The notes under the pieces were generated by a model, which worked only from the letters and a program-made list of their open reading frames with translations, made no database searches and was not told the origin of the DNA. Shown here piece by piece: positions 18,419-27,264 of a DNA stretch of 64,000 nt. A program made the position numbers and the translations under genes. The number at the start of each line of letters is the position of its first letter. The stretch's first letter is position 1. The stretch comes from Thermoanaerobaculia bacterium (GTDB lineage: Bacteria > Acidobacteriota > Thermoanaerobaculia > Gp7-AA8), in NCBI GenBank assembly GCA_036385045.1, contig DASVLC010000050.1:1916-65915 (forward strand), given 5' to 3'.

Positions 18419-19252
18419 CTACCTTTCGGAGAATACGGGCTGACGTTTCGCGAAGAAGGCGTCGATTCCTTCAGCGAAGTTCGGTCCGTCGGCGATGCGT
18501 GCAAGCTCGTCGAGCTCCCGATCGAGATGAAAATCGAGCCGGTCGATTCCGGCTGCCTGGTTCATGAGATCTTTCGCAATTCCGAGCGCCTCGGTTGGTC
18601 CTGCGGCGAGCTGCCGCGCCGTCGCGAGCACCTGCTCGTCGAACGTCTCGACCGGATACACCGCCGTGACGAGTCCCCACTCGAATGCTTTCTTCGCATC
18701 GAGTTTGGGATTGAGGAACAGCATGTCCATCGCGCGCCGCAGGCCGAGAAGTCGCGGGAGGAAGAAGGTCGAGCTCTCCGCGCCGGTCAACCCGGTTTTC
18801 GCGTAGGCCCATTCGAACCACGACCGCTCGGACGCGATCACCAGGTCGCACGACATCGCAAGCCCGAATCCGCCGGCCGCTGCAATCCCGTCGACGGCCG
18901 CGATGAACGGCTTCGGCGCCCGACGGATCTCGGAGATCGTCGAATGGATGTACTCGAGGATCTGCTTGAAGATCTCGCCGTAGCCGGCCGGGATATCGCG
19001 CGCGCCCGGCTGAAGATAGCCGAGGTCGTTCTGCTCGCCACCGGCGCGGATGTACTTCAGATCGGCGCCGCTGCAGAAAACGCCGTTGGAGCCGCGCAGA
19101 ACCACGGCACGAATTTTCGAGTCGCGAGCGAAGAGAATTCCGGCCTTTCGCAGGTCACGAGCGGTGTCCACATCGAGCGAGTTGAAGCGCTCCCGGCGGG
19201 CGATCGTGATGATCCCGACCCCGCCGTCGACATCGGTTGTGATGTAGCTCAT
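18419..19252 (-). CDS. enoyl-CoA hydratase/isomerase (crotonase) family protein, HypX C-domain-like
   Basis: 277 aa from MSYITTDV, with crotonase motifs FCSGADL and DGIAAAGGFGLAMSCDL. The ATG overlaps the upstream stop (ATGA). The longer 490-aa track ORF is an Arg-rich artefactual extension. Confidence 0.8.
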   Translation of the reverse strand: MSYITTDVDGGVGIITIARRERFNSLDVDTARDLRKAGILFARDSKIRAVVLRGSNGVFCSGADLKYIRAGGEQNDLGYLQPGARDIPAGYGEIFKQILEYIHSTISEIRRAPKPFIAAVDGIAAAGGFGLAMSCDLVIASERSWFEWAYAKTGLTGAESSTFFLPRLLGLRRAMDMLFLNPKLDAKKAFEWGLVTAVYPVETFDEQVLATARQLAAGPTEALGIAKDLMNQAAGIDRLDFHLDRELDELARIADGPNFAEGIDAFFAKRQPVFSER

Positions 19253-20001
19253 GTGAGCGATCCTTCCGCGAGCTGCACGCCGGTTGCGATTGCTTCCGCC
19301 GAAGTCATTGGGTGAGGTTCGGAAAGAACGCTTTCGATTGCATGAACCGCCATCGATCCCCAGGCGTCGCGCATCATCCACTCGCGTTGCGCGTAGGCGT
19401 AGGCGCGAACGATGTCGGCATGCCCGGCGTGGGCAGCCGCGCGCGCGAACGGGGCGATCGGATAGGCTCTGCTGCGAATCACGATCGGTCCCGCATCGAG
19501 TTGCGAAGTCACCTTGTGAAGCGTGCTTCGGATCTCCAGTTCTCCGGCGACGATCGCATCCCGCGTCGAATGCAGGCCGACGTACCGCCGTTTGCCCTTC
19601 GAGTTCTCGATCGCCAGATCGCTGTCGTGGATGTTGAAGACCCGTCCGGGGAACGCGTCGAGCAGCACATCGGTGACGACATAGAGGTAACCCAGCAACA
19701 GCACGACATCGACGTCGAACTGCCGCAGGGAATCGACGGTCTGCGCGTCGAACGACGCACGGGCGTCGCGGTCCTTCAGCGAAAAGCTCCGCTCGCGATG
19801 AAACTCTCGGAGGGGGGACGTCAGTAGCGGCACGCCGGCGCGCTCGAAGACCTCCATGTCCTGACAGAACGGCTCCGTCGTGATCGCACAAACGACGTCC
19901 CAGCGGAGCGACCGCTTCGCATGTTCGAGCAGAGCGACGCTACCCGGTGCCCGGTGCGAGCAGAGGACGGCGACGCGAAGCGGTGACCGAAGGCTCAGCA
20001 T
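19249..20001 (-). CDS. PurN-like formyltransferase family protein, HypX N-domain-like
   Basis: 250 aa, aligns by eye to PurN (GRVFNIHDSDL vs GRLLNIHPSLLP; SQLDAGPIV vs DELDGGPVI). The Asn/His/Asp catalytic positions are kept. Confidence 0.7.
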   Translation of the reverse strand: MLSLRSPLRVAVLCSHRAPGSVALLEHAKRSLRWDVVCAITTEPFCQDMEVFERAGVPLLTSPLREFHRERSFSLKDRDARASFDAQTVDSLRQFDVDVVLLLGYLYVVTDVLLDAFPGRVFNIHDSDLAIENSKGKRRYVGLHSTRDAIVAGELEIRSTLHKVTSQLDAGPIVIRSRAYPIAPFARAAAHAGHADIVRAYAYAQREWMMRDAWGSMAVHAIESVLSEPHPMTSAEAIATGVQLAEGSLT

Positions 20002-21038
20002 ATGCGTGGCAGTGGCTCGCCTTCCGGCTCGGCCAGCAGTCTCCTTCCGAAGCCCGTGTCGAGAATGATCGAGCCGGGCCGCTCCGAAATGCAGGTTCCG
20101 ACGATGGCCGCGTTCCGGCCGAGCGGATGCTCGCGCAGAATGGCAACGAGCTTTTCGGCCACGTCAGGTCGCACCCCGATTACCGCTTTTCCTTCGTTCG
20201 CCACGTGCAGCGGATCGATTCCGAGAATCTCGCCGGTCGACCGAACCGCGTCGGTCAGCGGAACACGCTGCTCTTCCAGGACGACACCGACACTGCTCTT
20301 CTGTGCCATCTCATGCAGAGCGCTCGAGAGTCCTCCGCGAGTCGGATCCTTCATCGCCGTGATGCCGTCGCCGATCGAGTCGAGTACCGATGCAATCATC
20401 AGATTGATCGGCGCCACATCCGAGCGGAGATCCCCCTCGAGATCGAGACCATGTCGAGCCGCCATCACCGCGAGGCCGTGGTCGCCCATCGTTCCGGTCA
20501 CCACGATGCGATCTCCGACGCGGAGGCCGTTGTCCCGCACCACCCGCTTCGCCATCCCGATGCCGGTCGTGTTGATTACGATTCCATCGATCTCGCCGCG
20601 CCCCATTACCTTGGTATCGCCGGTGACGACGACCGTTCCCGCTTCCTTGCAGGTATCGACGAGCGAACGCTGAATCGCCTCGAGCTGGTCCATCGGGAAA
20701 CCTTCTTCGAGGATGACGCCGCAGGTGATACCGAGGAGACGCGTCGCTCCCATCATCGTGAGGTCATTGACCGTTCCGGCTACGGAGATGCGCCCGATGT
20801 CGCCGCCGGGGAAGAAGATCGGATGAATCACGTGCGAGTCGGTGGTGATCACGAGCCACTCGTTGCCCATCGGAATGGCGGCGCCGTCATCCATCGCTCC
20901 GAGACCGACGCCGTCGAACGGCATCGCGGCGAACTCGCGCACGAAGAGCTTCTCGATCAGCGCGCGCATCGCGCGCCCTCCGCCACCCTGTTTGAGAGTG
21001 ACACGTCCATAGGTTGGCAATGGCATTGCGGTGCTCAT
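19995..21038 (-). CDS. hypE: hydrogenase expression/formation protein HypE
   Basis: 347 aa with an AIR-synthase-like fold and the C-terminal PRIC motif. Confidence 0.9.
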   Translation of the reverse strand: MSTAMPLPTYGRVTLKQGGGGRAMRALIEKLFVREFAAMPFDGVGLGAMDDGAAIPMGNEWLVITTDSHVIHPIFFPGGDIGRISVAGTVNDLTMMGATRLLGITCGVILEEGFPMDQLEAIQRSLVDTCKEAGTVVVTGDTKVMGRGEIDGIVINTTGIGMAKRVVRDNGLRVGDRIVVTGTMGDHGLAVMAARHGLDLEGDLRSDVAPINLMIASVLDSIGDGITAMKDPTRGGLSSALHEMAQKSSVGVVLEEQRVPLTDAVRSTGEILGIDPLHVANEGKAVIGVRPDVAEKLVAILREHPLGRNAAIVGTCISERPGSIILDTGFGRRLLAEPEGEPLPRIC

Positions 21039-22186
21039 GACGTCACCTCGGCTGTGGGCACGGGTTCTCCGACATCGATGCCGCTGAGATCGGGAACGCC
21101 TCCGTAGAGGTGCCAGATCTTGCAGGTCCCCTCATTCGAGACCATGCAGGCGCCGACCGGCGTTTCCGGCACACACTCCTTGTTGAACAGCTTGCAGTCG
21201 ATCGGGTTGCGGATGCCGGCCATGATGTCGCCGCAGATGCACTGATTCGCGAACTGTGGCGGGGCGTAGTCCCAGAGGCTCTTCACGTCGATCTTGAAGC
21301 GCTTTCTGGCATCGAGGTGTGCGAACTCGTCGCGCAACCGGAGATTGCCGTTCGGAACGTGCGCGATGCCACGCCAGCGGCCACCGATGGGACGGAATAC
21401 GCGCCACAGCTGCTCCTGCGCCGCGAGATTGCCTTCCCGCGACACGCAGCGCGGGAACATGTTGACGACAGCCGGCTTTCCGTCGCGGATCAGCTTTACC
21501 AGCTCGACCACGCCAGCCAGGATGTCGAGCGGTTCGAAGCCTGCGACGACCACCGGAAGCTTATGGCGCTCGACGAACGGCTCGAAGACCGCCGAGCCGG
21601 TGATCGTCGCCGCATGTCCGGCGGCGAGGAAGCCTTCCACCCGCGACTCCGGCATCTCGCTCACGATCTCCATGACGGGTGGGATGTATTTGTGCGCCGA
21701 GAGGATCGAGAGATTCTTCGGGGGATTGTTCAGAATGATCGACGCCGTCGCAACCGCTGTCGTCTCGAAGCCGGTGGCGAAGAAGACGATCTCTTCGTCA
21801 GTGCTCCTTGCGAGCTCCACGACCTGCGAGGGGGAGTAGATGACATCGATCTTCCCTCCGCTCGCCTGAGCGTCGGCGAGCGACTGGACCGTCCCGGGCA
21901 CTTTCAGCATGTCGCCGTAGGTAGCGATCCGGATTCCGTCGCGCGCGAGCACGACCCCCTCGTCGACTTCCGGAACGTCGGTGACGCAGACGGGGCAGCC
22001 GGGCCCCATGATCACATTCAGGCTGCTTGGAAACATCGAACGAAGACCGAATTTTGCGATCGCCTGTTCGTGGCTTCCGCAGACGTGCATGACCGCGACT
22101 GGACGCCCGATCTCGTCCATCAGATGCGCGAGGGTCGCGGCAAGCTGCCTGGCCTTCGCGGGATCGCGGAACTTGAGCTCGCTCAC
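21035..22186 (-). CDS. hypD: hydrogenase formation protein HypD
   Basis: 383 aa, with GPGCPVCV and GFETT motifs. Confidence 0.9.
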   Translation of the reverse strand: MSELKFRDPAKARQLAATLAHLMDEIGRPVAVMHVCGSHEQAIAKFGLRSMFPSSLNVIMGPGCPVCVTDVPEVDEGVVLARDGIRIATYGDMLKVPGTVQSLADAQASGGKIDVIYSPSQVVELARSTDEEIVFFATGFETTAVATASIILNNPPKNLSILSAHKYIPPVMEIVSEMPESRVEGFLAAGHAATITGSAVFEPFVERHKLPVVVAGFEPLDILAGVVELVKLIRDGKPAVVNMFPRCVSREGNLAAQEQLWRVFRPIGGRWRGIAHVPNGNLRLRDEFAHLDARKRFKIDVKSLWDYAPPQFANQCICGDIMAGIRNPIDCKLFNKECVPETPVGACMVSNEGTCKIWHLYGGVPDLSGIDVGEPVPTAEVTS

Positions 22187-22470
22187 GACTTCACCGCTTT
22201 CGCAGCAGCCTCGATCTCGCCGCGGACATCAGCGGCCATGAAGTCGTTCTCGTCCTCCTGCATCAGAGTCTCGTAGAGGGCGAGTGTCTCGGCGATCGTC
22301 TCGGTCGGGATTCTCCGAATTGCGAAGCCGACGTGATTCAGCACGTAGTCGCCGGGGACGACCGGCTCATCGATGATGTCGAGGCAGACCTCTCTCCGCA
22401 CGCCCCAGAAGTCGACAGTGGCCATGCTGCCGTGAATCTCAATCACTTTTCCTGGAACACCTAGACACAT
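22183..22470 (-). CDS. hypC: hydrogenase assembly chaperone HypC/HupF
   Basis: 95 aa starting MCLGVPGKV. Confidence 0.9.
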   Translation of the reverse strand: MCLGVPGKVIEIHGSMATVDFWGVRREVCLDIIDEPVVPGDYVLNHVGFAIRRIPTETIAETLALYETLMQEDENDFMAADVRGEIEAAAKAVKS

Positions 22471-24824
22471 GACAGTTTCTCCCTGTTCGAGGAGCTGGAG
22501 CTCGCCACCTCTTCGGCTATGGCCAGCGTGGCTGTGAGCCCGCCGGTTCGTACGATCGCGTCGGCGACGACAGCCTGCCCGAGAGCAAGCCCTCCGTCGC
22601 CCGGCGGGATCGATTGGTTGAGGAACGTTTCGAAGCGTGATCGAAGCCCTCCGGCGATCCGTTCGGCGAGCATCGCGTTCTGAAAACAGCCTCCGGTGAG
22701 AACGACTGGAATGTCACCTCGCTGCTGGGAGGCGGCGCTCGCCAGCTCAATCGTCACGTCCGAGAGGGTGTTGTGAAAGCGGGCGGAAACCGTCGTCGGC
22801 GACACGCCATTGATGAGATCGACGACCGCACTCCGGACCAGAGGCCGCATGTCGATCTCCCAGGGACTGACCCCCTCACGAACGACCACTTCGTAGTGCC
22901 CCCGCTCCTCCGGGTCGGCAGCCATGTTCCAGAGCATCGCGACCTCGCCCTCGTAGCGGGAGACCGCCATGCCGAGACCGATCGCACCGAGGGCATCGAA
23001 GTACCGGCCGACTCCACGCGCGGGCGGTGAGTTGAAGCCGCGGGTGATCATCTGCCGCACCGAGTCGATGTTTCGCGCTTCGAGATCACGGAAGAGCGGC
23101 AGGTCCTGAAGCGGCGGCGCGCCCTCGAACGCCTCATCGATCAGCGCGAGCGCGACGCGCCACACCTGACGGATCGCCTGGTCTCCACCGGCCAGAGGAA
23201 TGGGCCGGAAGGTCGCGAAGCGCTCATATCCCGTCAAATCTGCGATCAGAATTTCGCCGCCCCACGAGGTCCCGTCAGTGCCGAAGCCGGTGCCGTCGTA
23301 CGCGACTCCGACGACCGGTCCATCGAGACCATGCTCAGCCATCGCGCTCGCGATGTGTGCATGGTGATGCTGCACTCCGATCAGACGGATCTCCTCGCTC
23401 TCGAGCGCCTGTGCGAAGCGTGTCGAGAAGTACTCGGGATGGAGATCGTGGGCGATCAGTTTCGGCTCCACGCCGATGAAGCTCTTCATCTGGGTCACGC
23501 TCGCCTCGAAGGCGCGGAGCGTTTCGTAGGTCTCGAGATCACCGATGTGCGGCCCGAGGAATGCCGACTGTCCCGCCCCGATACAGATGGCGTTCTTCAG
23601 GTGTGCGCCGACGGCGAGCACCGGCTCCTGGAAAGGCCGTGGCAGGTCGATCCCTCGCGGAACGTAGCCACGTGCGCGGCGCATGATCGTCGGGGCGCCG
23701 TTGATGACGCGCACCACCGAGTCGTCGGTCCGCGTCTCGATCATCCGGTCGTGCATCAGGAACATATCCGCGATTTCACTGAGCTGCTCGAGTGCGGCCT
23801 CGTTGGAGATCGCCATCGGCTCGTCGCTGATGTTTCCCGAGGTCATTACCAGAGGCACACTCGCTTCGCGGAGCAGCAGGTGATGCAGAGGTGTGTACGG
23901 GAGAAAGAGCCCGACCAGCGGATTCGCTCCCGAAACCTCGGCAGCGAGCTTCGAGTCAGGACGCCTCGCCACGAGCACGATCGGCCGTTCGACGGAGCGA
24001 AGCAGTGCACGCTCCTGATCATTGAGCTCAGCGAGACGCTCCGCCTCTGCGAGATCGCGGACCATGACCGCGAGCGGTTTCGCCTCGCGGCGCTTCCGCT
24101 CGCGCAGTCTCGTGACGGCGACCGATGAAGTCGCGTCGCAAGCGAGATGAAATCCGCCGAGTCCCTTCACCGCGACGGTGAACTGTGCGCGGAGTGAACG
24201 GCCGGCGAACTGAATTGCATCGTCGGCCGAAACGGGCCGGCCCTCAGAGGTCACCACTTTCACGCGTGGTCCGCAGCGTGGGCAGGCGTTCGGCTGTGCA
24301 TGAAAACGGCGATCGAGCGGATCGTCGTATTCGCGACGGCAGTCGACGCACATCTCGAACGACGCCATCGACGTCTTCGCACGGTCGTAGGGCACGTCGC
24401 GCACGATCGTGTAGCGCGGCCCGCAGTTCGTGCAGTTCGTGAAGGGGTAACGATAACGGCGGTTGGTCGGATCGAAGATTTCGGCAAGGCAGTCGGGACA
24501 GGTCGCGAGGTCCGGCGGAATCGACACGTTCCGCTCGGCTCCGACCTCACTCTCGACGATCCCAAAGCCCTGCACCTCTTCCACCGGAATCGATGTCCAG
24601 CGAATGTCGCGGATCCGCGAGGCCGGTGGTGTGTTCTGGGTCAGGTCGAGGGTGAAGGTCTCCACATCGCCGTCACTGCCGAATGCGTCGATCATCACGC
24701 CGGTGGAATCGTTCCGGACGTGGCCGTCGATCCTGTCGCGAATGGCGAGCTGGTAGACCCAGGGGCGGAACCCGACTCCCTGAACCACGCCGCGAATCTC
24801 AATGTGGCGTCCGATACGAGACAT
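22461..24824 (-). CDS. hypF: carbamoyltransferase HypF
   Basis: Acylphosphatase domain (IEIRGVVQGVGFRPWVY), two CxxC-x18-CxxC zinc fingers, then YrdC-like and Kae1-like domains. Start chosen at MSRIG (24824), not the track start at 24965. Confidence 0.9.
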   Translation of the reverse strand: MSRIGRHIEIRGVVQGVGFRPWVYQLAIRDRIDGHVRNDSTGVMIDAFGSDGDVETFTLDLTQNTPPASRIRDIRWTSIPVEEVQGFGIVESEVGAERNVSIPPDLATCPDCLAEIFDPTNRRYRYPFTNCTNCGPRYTIVRDVPYDRAKTSMASFEMCVDCRREYDDPLDRRFHAQPNACPRCGPRVKVVTSEGRPVSADDAIQFAGRSLRAQFTVAVKGLGGFHLACDATSSVAVTRLRERKRREAKPLAVMVRDLAEAERLAELNDQERALLRSVERPIVLVARRPDSKLAAEVSGANPLVGLFLPYTPLHHLLLREASVPLVMTSGNISDEPMAISNEAALEQLSEIADMFLMHDRMIETRTDDSVVRVINGAPTIMRRARGYVPRGIDLPRPFQEPVLAVGAHLKNAICIGAGQSAFLGPHIGDLETYETLRAFEASVTQMKSFIGVEPKLIAHDLHPEYFSTRFAQALESEEIRLIGVQHHHAHIASAMAEHGLDGPVVGVAYDGTGFGTDGTSWGGEILIADLTGYERFATFRPIPLAGGDQAIRQVWRVALALIDEAFEGAPPLQDLPLFRDLEARNIDSVRQMITRGFNSPPARGVGRYFDALGAIGLGMAVSRYEGEVAMLWNMAADPEERGHYEVVVREGVSPWEIDMRPLVRSAVVDLINGVSPTTVSARFHNTLSDVTIELASAASQQRGDIPVVLTGGCFQNAMLAERIAGGLRSRFETFLNQSIPPGDGGLALGQAVVADAIVRTGGLTATLAIAEEVASSSSSNREKLSCV

Positions 24825-24931
24825 GTATGGCTTTTCCTGACGTGACCAAGGTAGGTGGAGGGGGATGCAGACGCGCTGACTGTGCGCACAAGGGGGCGTG
24901 ATGACTGTCACGTGGTGATGTCTCGCGTGGT

Positions 24932-24974
24932 CTTGTGAGTCAAGAACCGGGCGCGGCGCGGGCACGGAGTCGGG
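24932..24974. repeat. Family A repeat, copy A3 (half element)
   Basis: CTTGTGAGTCAAGAACCGGGC matches the reverse complement of the A2 right arm. Confidence 0.55.
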
Positions 24975-25008
24975 TAAGCCCCTGCCTAACTCCGGCCTGT
25001 CATCCGCC

Positions 25009-25205
25009 TGTCATCCTGAGCCGCCGAAGCCCCGGGGGGGGCGGGTGGGCGGGAGGGGCGGAGGACGGTCGAAGGACCCCCACCTCGGGCGCGAGGGTGG
25101 GAGGGCGGCCGTGCATGCCCGGTCGTCGATGAGGGGATCCCTTTCCGTCCTCCGCCCCTCCCGCCCACGTCCCCACCCACGGCGCTCCGGCGGCTCGGGA
25201 TGACA
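25009..25205. repeat. Family B repeat, copy B1: ~197-nt imperfect palindrome
   Basis: The arms 25009-25068 (TGTCATCCTGAGCCGCCGAAGCC..GGGAGGGGCGGAGGACGG) and 25145-25205 are reverse complements with a few mismatches. The left terminus TGTCATCC is duplicated at 24998. Confidence 0.75.
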
Positions 25206-25264
25206 GGATGCGAAGCTGGATTTCCACCCCGACTCAACGCACCCCTTGCATTCCTTTCGTGGCC

Positions 25265-25293
25265 GTGTATAGTGTGCATAGTGTCTATACACA
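25265..25293. promoter_or_regulatory. candidate operator: nested inverted repeats GTGTATAG-N12-CTATACAC and AGTGT-N4-ACACT
   Basis: An AT-rich palindromic block overlaps the probable GTG start of the GntR/YtrA gene. Regulators of this family commonly autoregulate through palindromic operators. Confidence 0.4.
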
Positions 25294-25691
25294 CTCAGTT
25301 GACCATCTCCCAGGCTGATCGGCGGCCGATGTACCTCCAGATCATGGAGCAGATCCGTCACCGAGTGGCCATCGGGGAGTGGCAGCCGGGCGAGGAGATT
25401 CCGTCGATCCGCGTCCTGGCGGCATCCACGCGGGTCAGCGTGATCACGGTCAAACGGGCCTATCTCGAGCTCGAGCGTGCGGGAGTGATCACGACGAGGC
25501 AGGGGCGGGGGACTTTCGTGGCGAACGATGTCGACCTGAGCCGTCAGCTCCGCGAACAGGAGCTTGACGAGCACCTCGGGAAGGCGGTGGCGGTCGCGCT
25601 CGAGCTTGGGCTCACGAAATCCGAACTCGAGGCGAGGCTCGGTGACGTAGTAGGCCGCAAAGACAGAGAGGACCCGGGGAAAGATCTATGA
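25281..25691 (+). CDS. GntR family transcriptional regulator, YtrA subfamily
   Basis: Short (~136 aa) protein with the winged HTH PSIRVLAASTRVSVITVKRAYLELERAGVITTRQGRGTFV. The start is uncertain (GTG 25272 or 25281). Confidence 0.8.
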   Translation: MSIHTQLTISQADRRPMYLQIMEQIRHRVAIGEWQPGEEIPSIRVLAASTRVSVITVKRAYLELERAGVITTRQGRGTFVANDVDLSRQLREQELDEHLGKAVAVALELGLTKSELEARLGDVVGRKDREDPGKDL

Positions 25692-26584
25692 GCAATGCGG
25701 CGATCGAATTCAACGGTGTATCGAAACGCTATCCCTTCTTCGCGCTCGAGGACATTTCATTTCGTCTCGAGAAAGGCCAGATCATGGGTCTCGTCGGACC
25801 AAATGGCGCGGGAAAGACGACCACGATGCGCATCCTGATGGGGCTGATCAGACAGGACGCGGGCGAGGTCGAGATGCTCGGTCGCGCGATCCCGCACGAT
25901 CAGGTTCGTGCGAAGTGGGACGTCGGATTCGTCTCCGAGGAGATGCGACTGTTCTCCGGAGCAACACTTGCGTGGCACATGAGCTTCGTCCGATCGATCT
26001 ATCCGGACTGGGACGAGCGCTACGCGAACACGCTGCTGAAACGGTTCTTTCTGCGCCCGGAACAGAAGATCAAAGGATTGTCCCGGGGAGAGCATGTGAA
26101 GGCGTTGCTTCTGCTCGTGCTGGCGCGCCGGCCTCGGCTTCTCGTCCTTGATGAGCCGACCGCCGGGCTCGATCCGGTCGCCCGTCACGAAGTGATCGCC
26201 GAACTGATGGAGGTGCTGCTCGACGACGGCCGCTCGATCCTCTTCTCGTCGCACAACACACTCGATGTCGAACAGATCTCGGATGCGATCACCTTCATCG
26301 ATCGCGGACGAATCGTCGAGTCTGACGACAAAGAGTCCTTCGTCGAGCGTTGGCGGAGGATCACGGTCGAGGGCGCTCCAGCCGGTCAGCTCCCCCCCGT
26401 GCCGGGCAACGTGGACATCACGAGAAGCGGGCATCTGGCCGTTATCACGACGAATGCGTGGCAGCCGGGAATGCTCGCGCCGTGGGAACAGGCCGGCGCA
26501 AGAGTGCACGAGATTCATCGCATGACACTCGAAGAGATCTTCGTGGCGAACGTGCTGCACAAACGGAAGGAGCGTGGCGAATGA
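25688..26584 (+). CDS. ABC transporter ATP-binding protein
   Basis: Walker A GPNGAGKTT and Walker B LLVLDEPTAGLD. ATGA overlap with the regulator gene. Confidence 0.85.
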   Translation: MSNAAIEFNGVSKRYPFFALEDISFRLEKGQIMGLVGPNGAGKTTTMRILMGLIRQDAGEVEMLGRAIPHDQVRAKWDVGFVSEEMRLFSGATLAWHMSFVRSIYPDWDERYANTLLKRFFLRPEQKIKGLSRGEHVKALLLLVLARRPRLLVLDEPTAGLDPVARHEVIAELMEVLLDDGRSILFSSHNTLDVEQISDAITFIDRGRIVESDDKESFVERWRRITVEGAPAGQLPPVPGNVDITRSGHLAVITTNAWQPGMLAPWEQAGARVHEIHRMTLEEIFVANVLHKRKERGE

Positions 26585-27264
26585 ACCGCTCGATCTTCGG
26601 CCGTCTGGTCGCGAAGGACCTCTACTTCTATCGCTGGATGTTGGCCATTGCCCTGATCGCGGGAGTGTTCTCGCTCGTGATCGCGAGCTTCAGCGAGGGT
26701 GACGGTGTCCGCACCGGGATGAACCTCGGCATGCTCCTGTTCATCACGACGATCATCACATTCGGAATCTTCATCTCGATGGCGGGCATCCTCAAGGAGA
26801 AGCAGGACAAGTCGCAACTATTCGTGCTGAGCCTTCCGGTGTCGGCGGCGCAGTACTCGGCCGCGAAAGTCTGCGCGGCGCTGATCGCGTTTCTCGGGCC
26901 GTGGCTCGTGTTGACGGGCGGGGTCATCGTGGCGACTGCGGCGACGGGCCGGCCGAGCGGCGGAATCCCGTTCTTCGTCGTGATGATGACGTTCTTCCTG
27001 GTCACTTTCTGCGTACTGCTGGCCATCGTGGCCATCACGATGTCCGAGGTCGGGGCGATCACCGGGATTCTGATCACGAATCTATCGGTAACGCTGTTCT
27101 TCTTCAGCATCGGCCGATCTCCCGATATCGCGGGACGCGCCGATGAAGCGGTGGCGACCTGGAGTCCCGCGATCCTGACGCTGCTGACCGCCGAGATCGC
27201 GCTGATCCTGCTGTCGGTGGCGCTGGCAATCTACCTTCCTTCCCGCAAACGGGACATCACTTGA
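26581..27264 (+). CDS. ABC-2-like integral membrane permease
   Basis: 227 aa from MNRSIFGRL with ~6 TM. ATGA overlap with the upstream ATPase. Confidence 0.6.
   Translation: MNRSIFGRLVAKDLYFYRWMLAIALIAGVFSLVIASFSEGDGVRTGMNLGMLLFITTIITFGIFISMAGILKEKQDKSQLFVLSLPVSAAQYSAAKVCAALIAFLGPWLVLTGGVIVATAATGRPSGGIPFFVVMMTFFLVTFCVLLAIVAITMSEVGAITGILITNLSVTLFFFSIGRSPDIAGRADEAVATWSPAILTLLTAEIALILLSVALAIYLPSRKRDIT

Noticed and set aside
19253-19891. Long N-terminal extension of the crotonase ORF (and similar extensions: hypF 24825-24965, ankyrin 41825-42142, mnmA 39022-39081, gcvT 53656-54162)
   Set aside because: The extensions are Arg/Pro-rich, overlap upstream genes or repeats, and lie upstream of internal ATG codons where the conserved protein N-termini begin.
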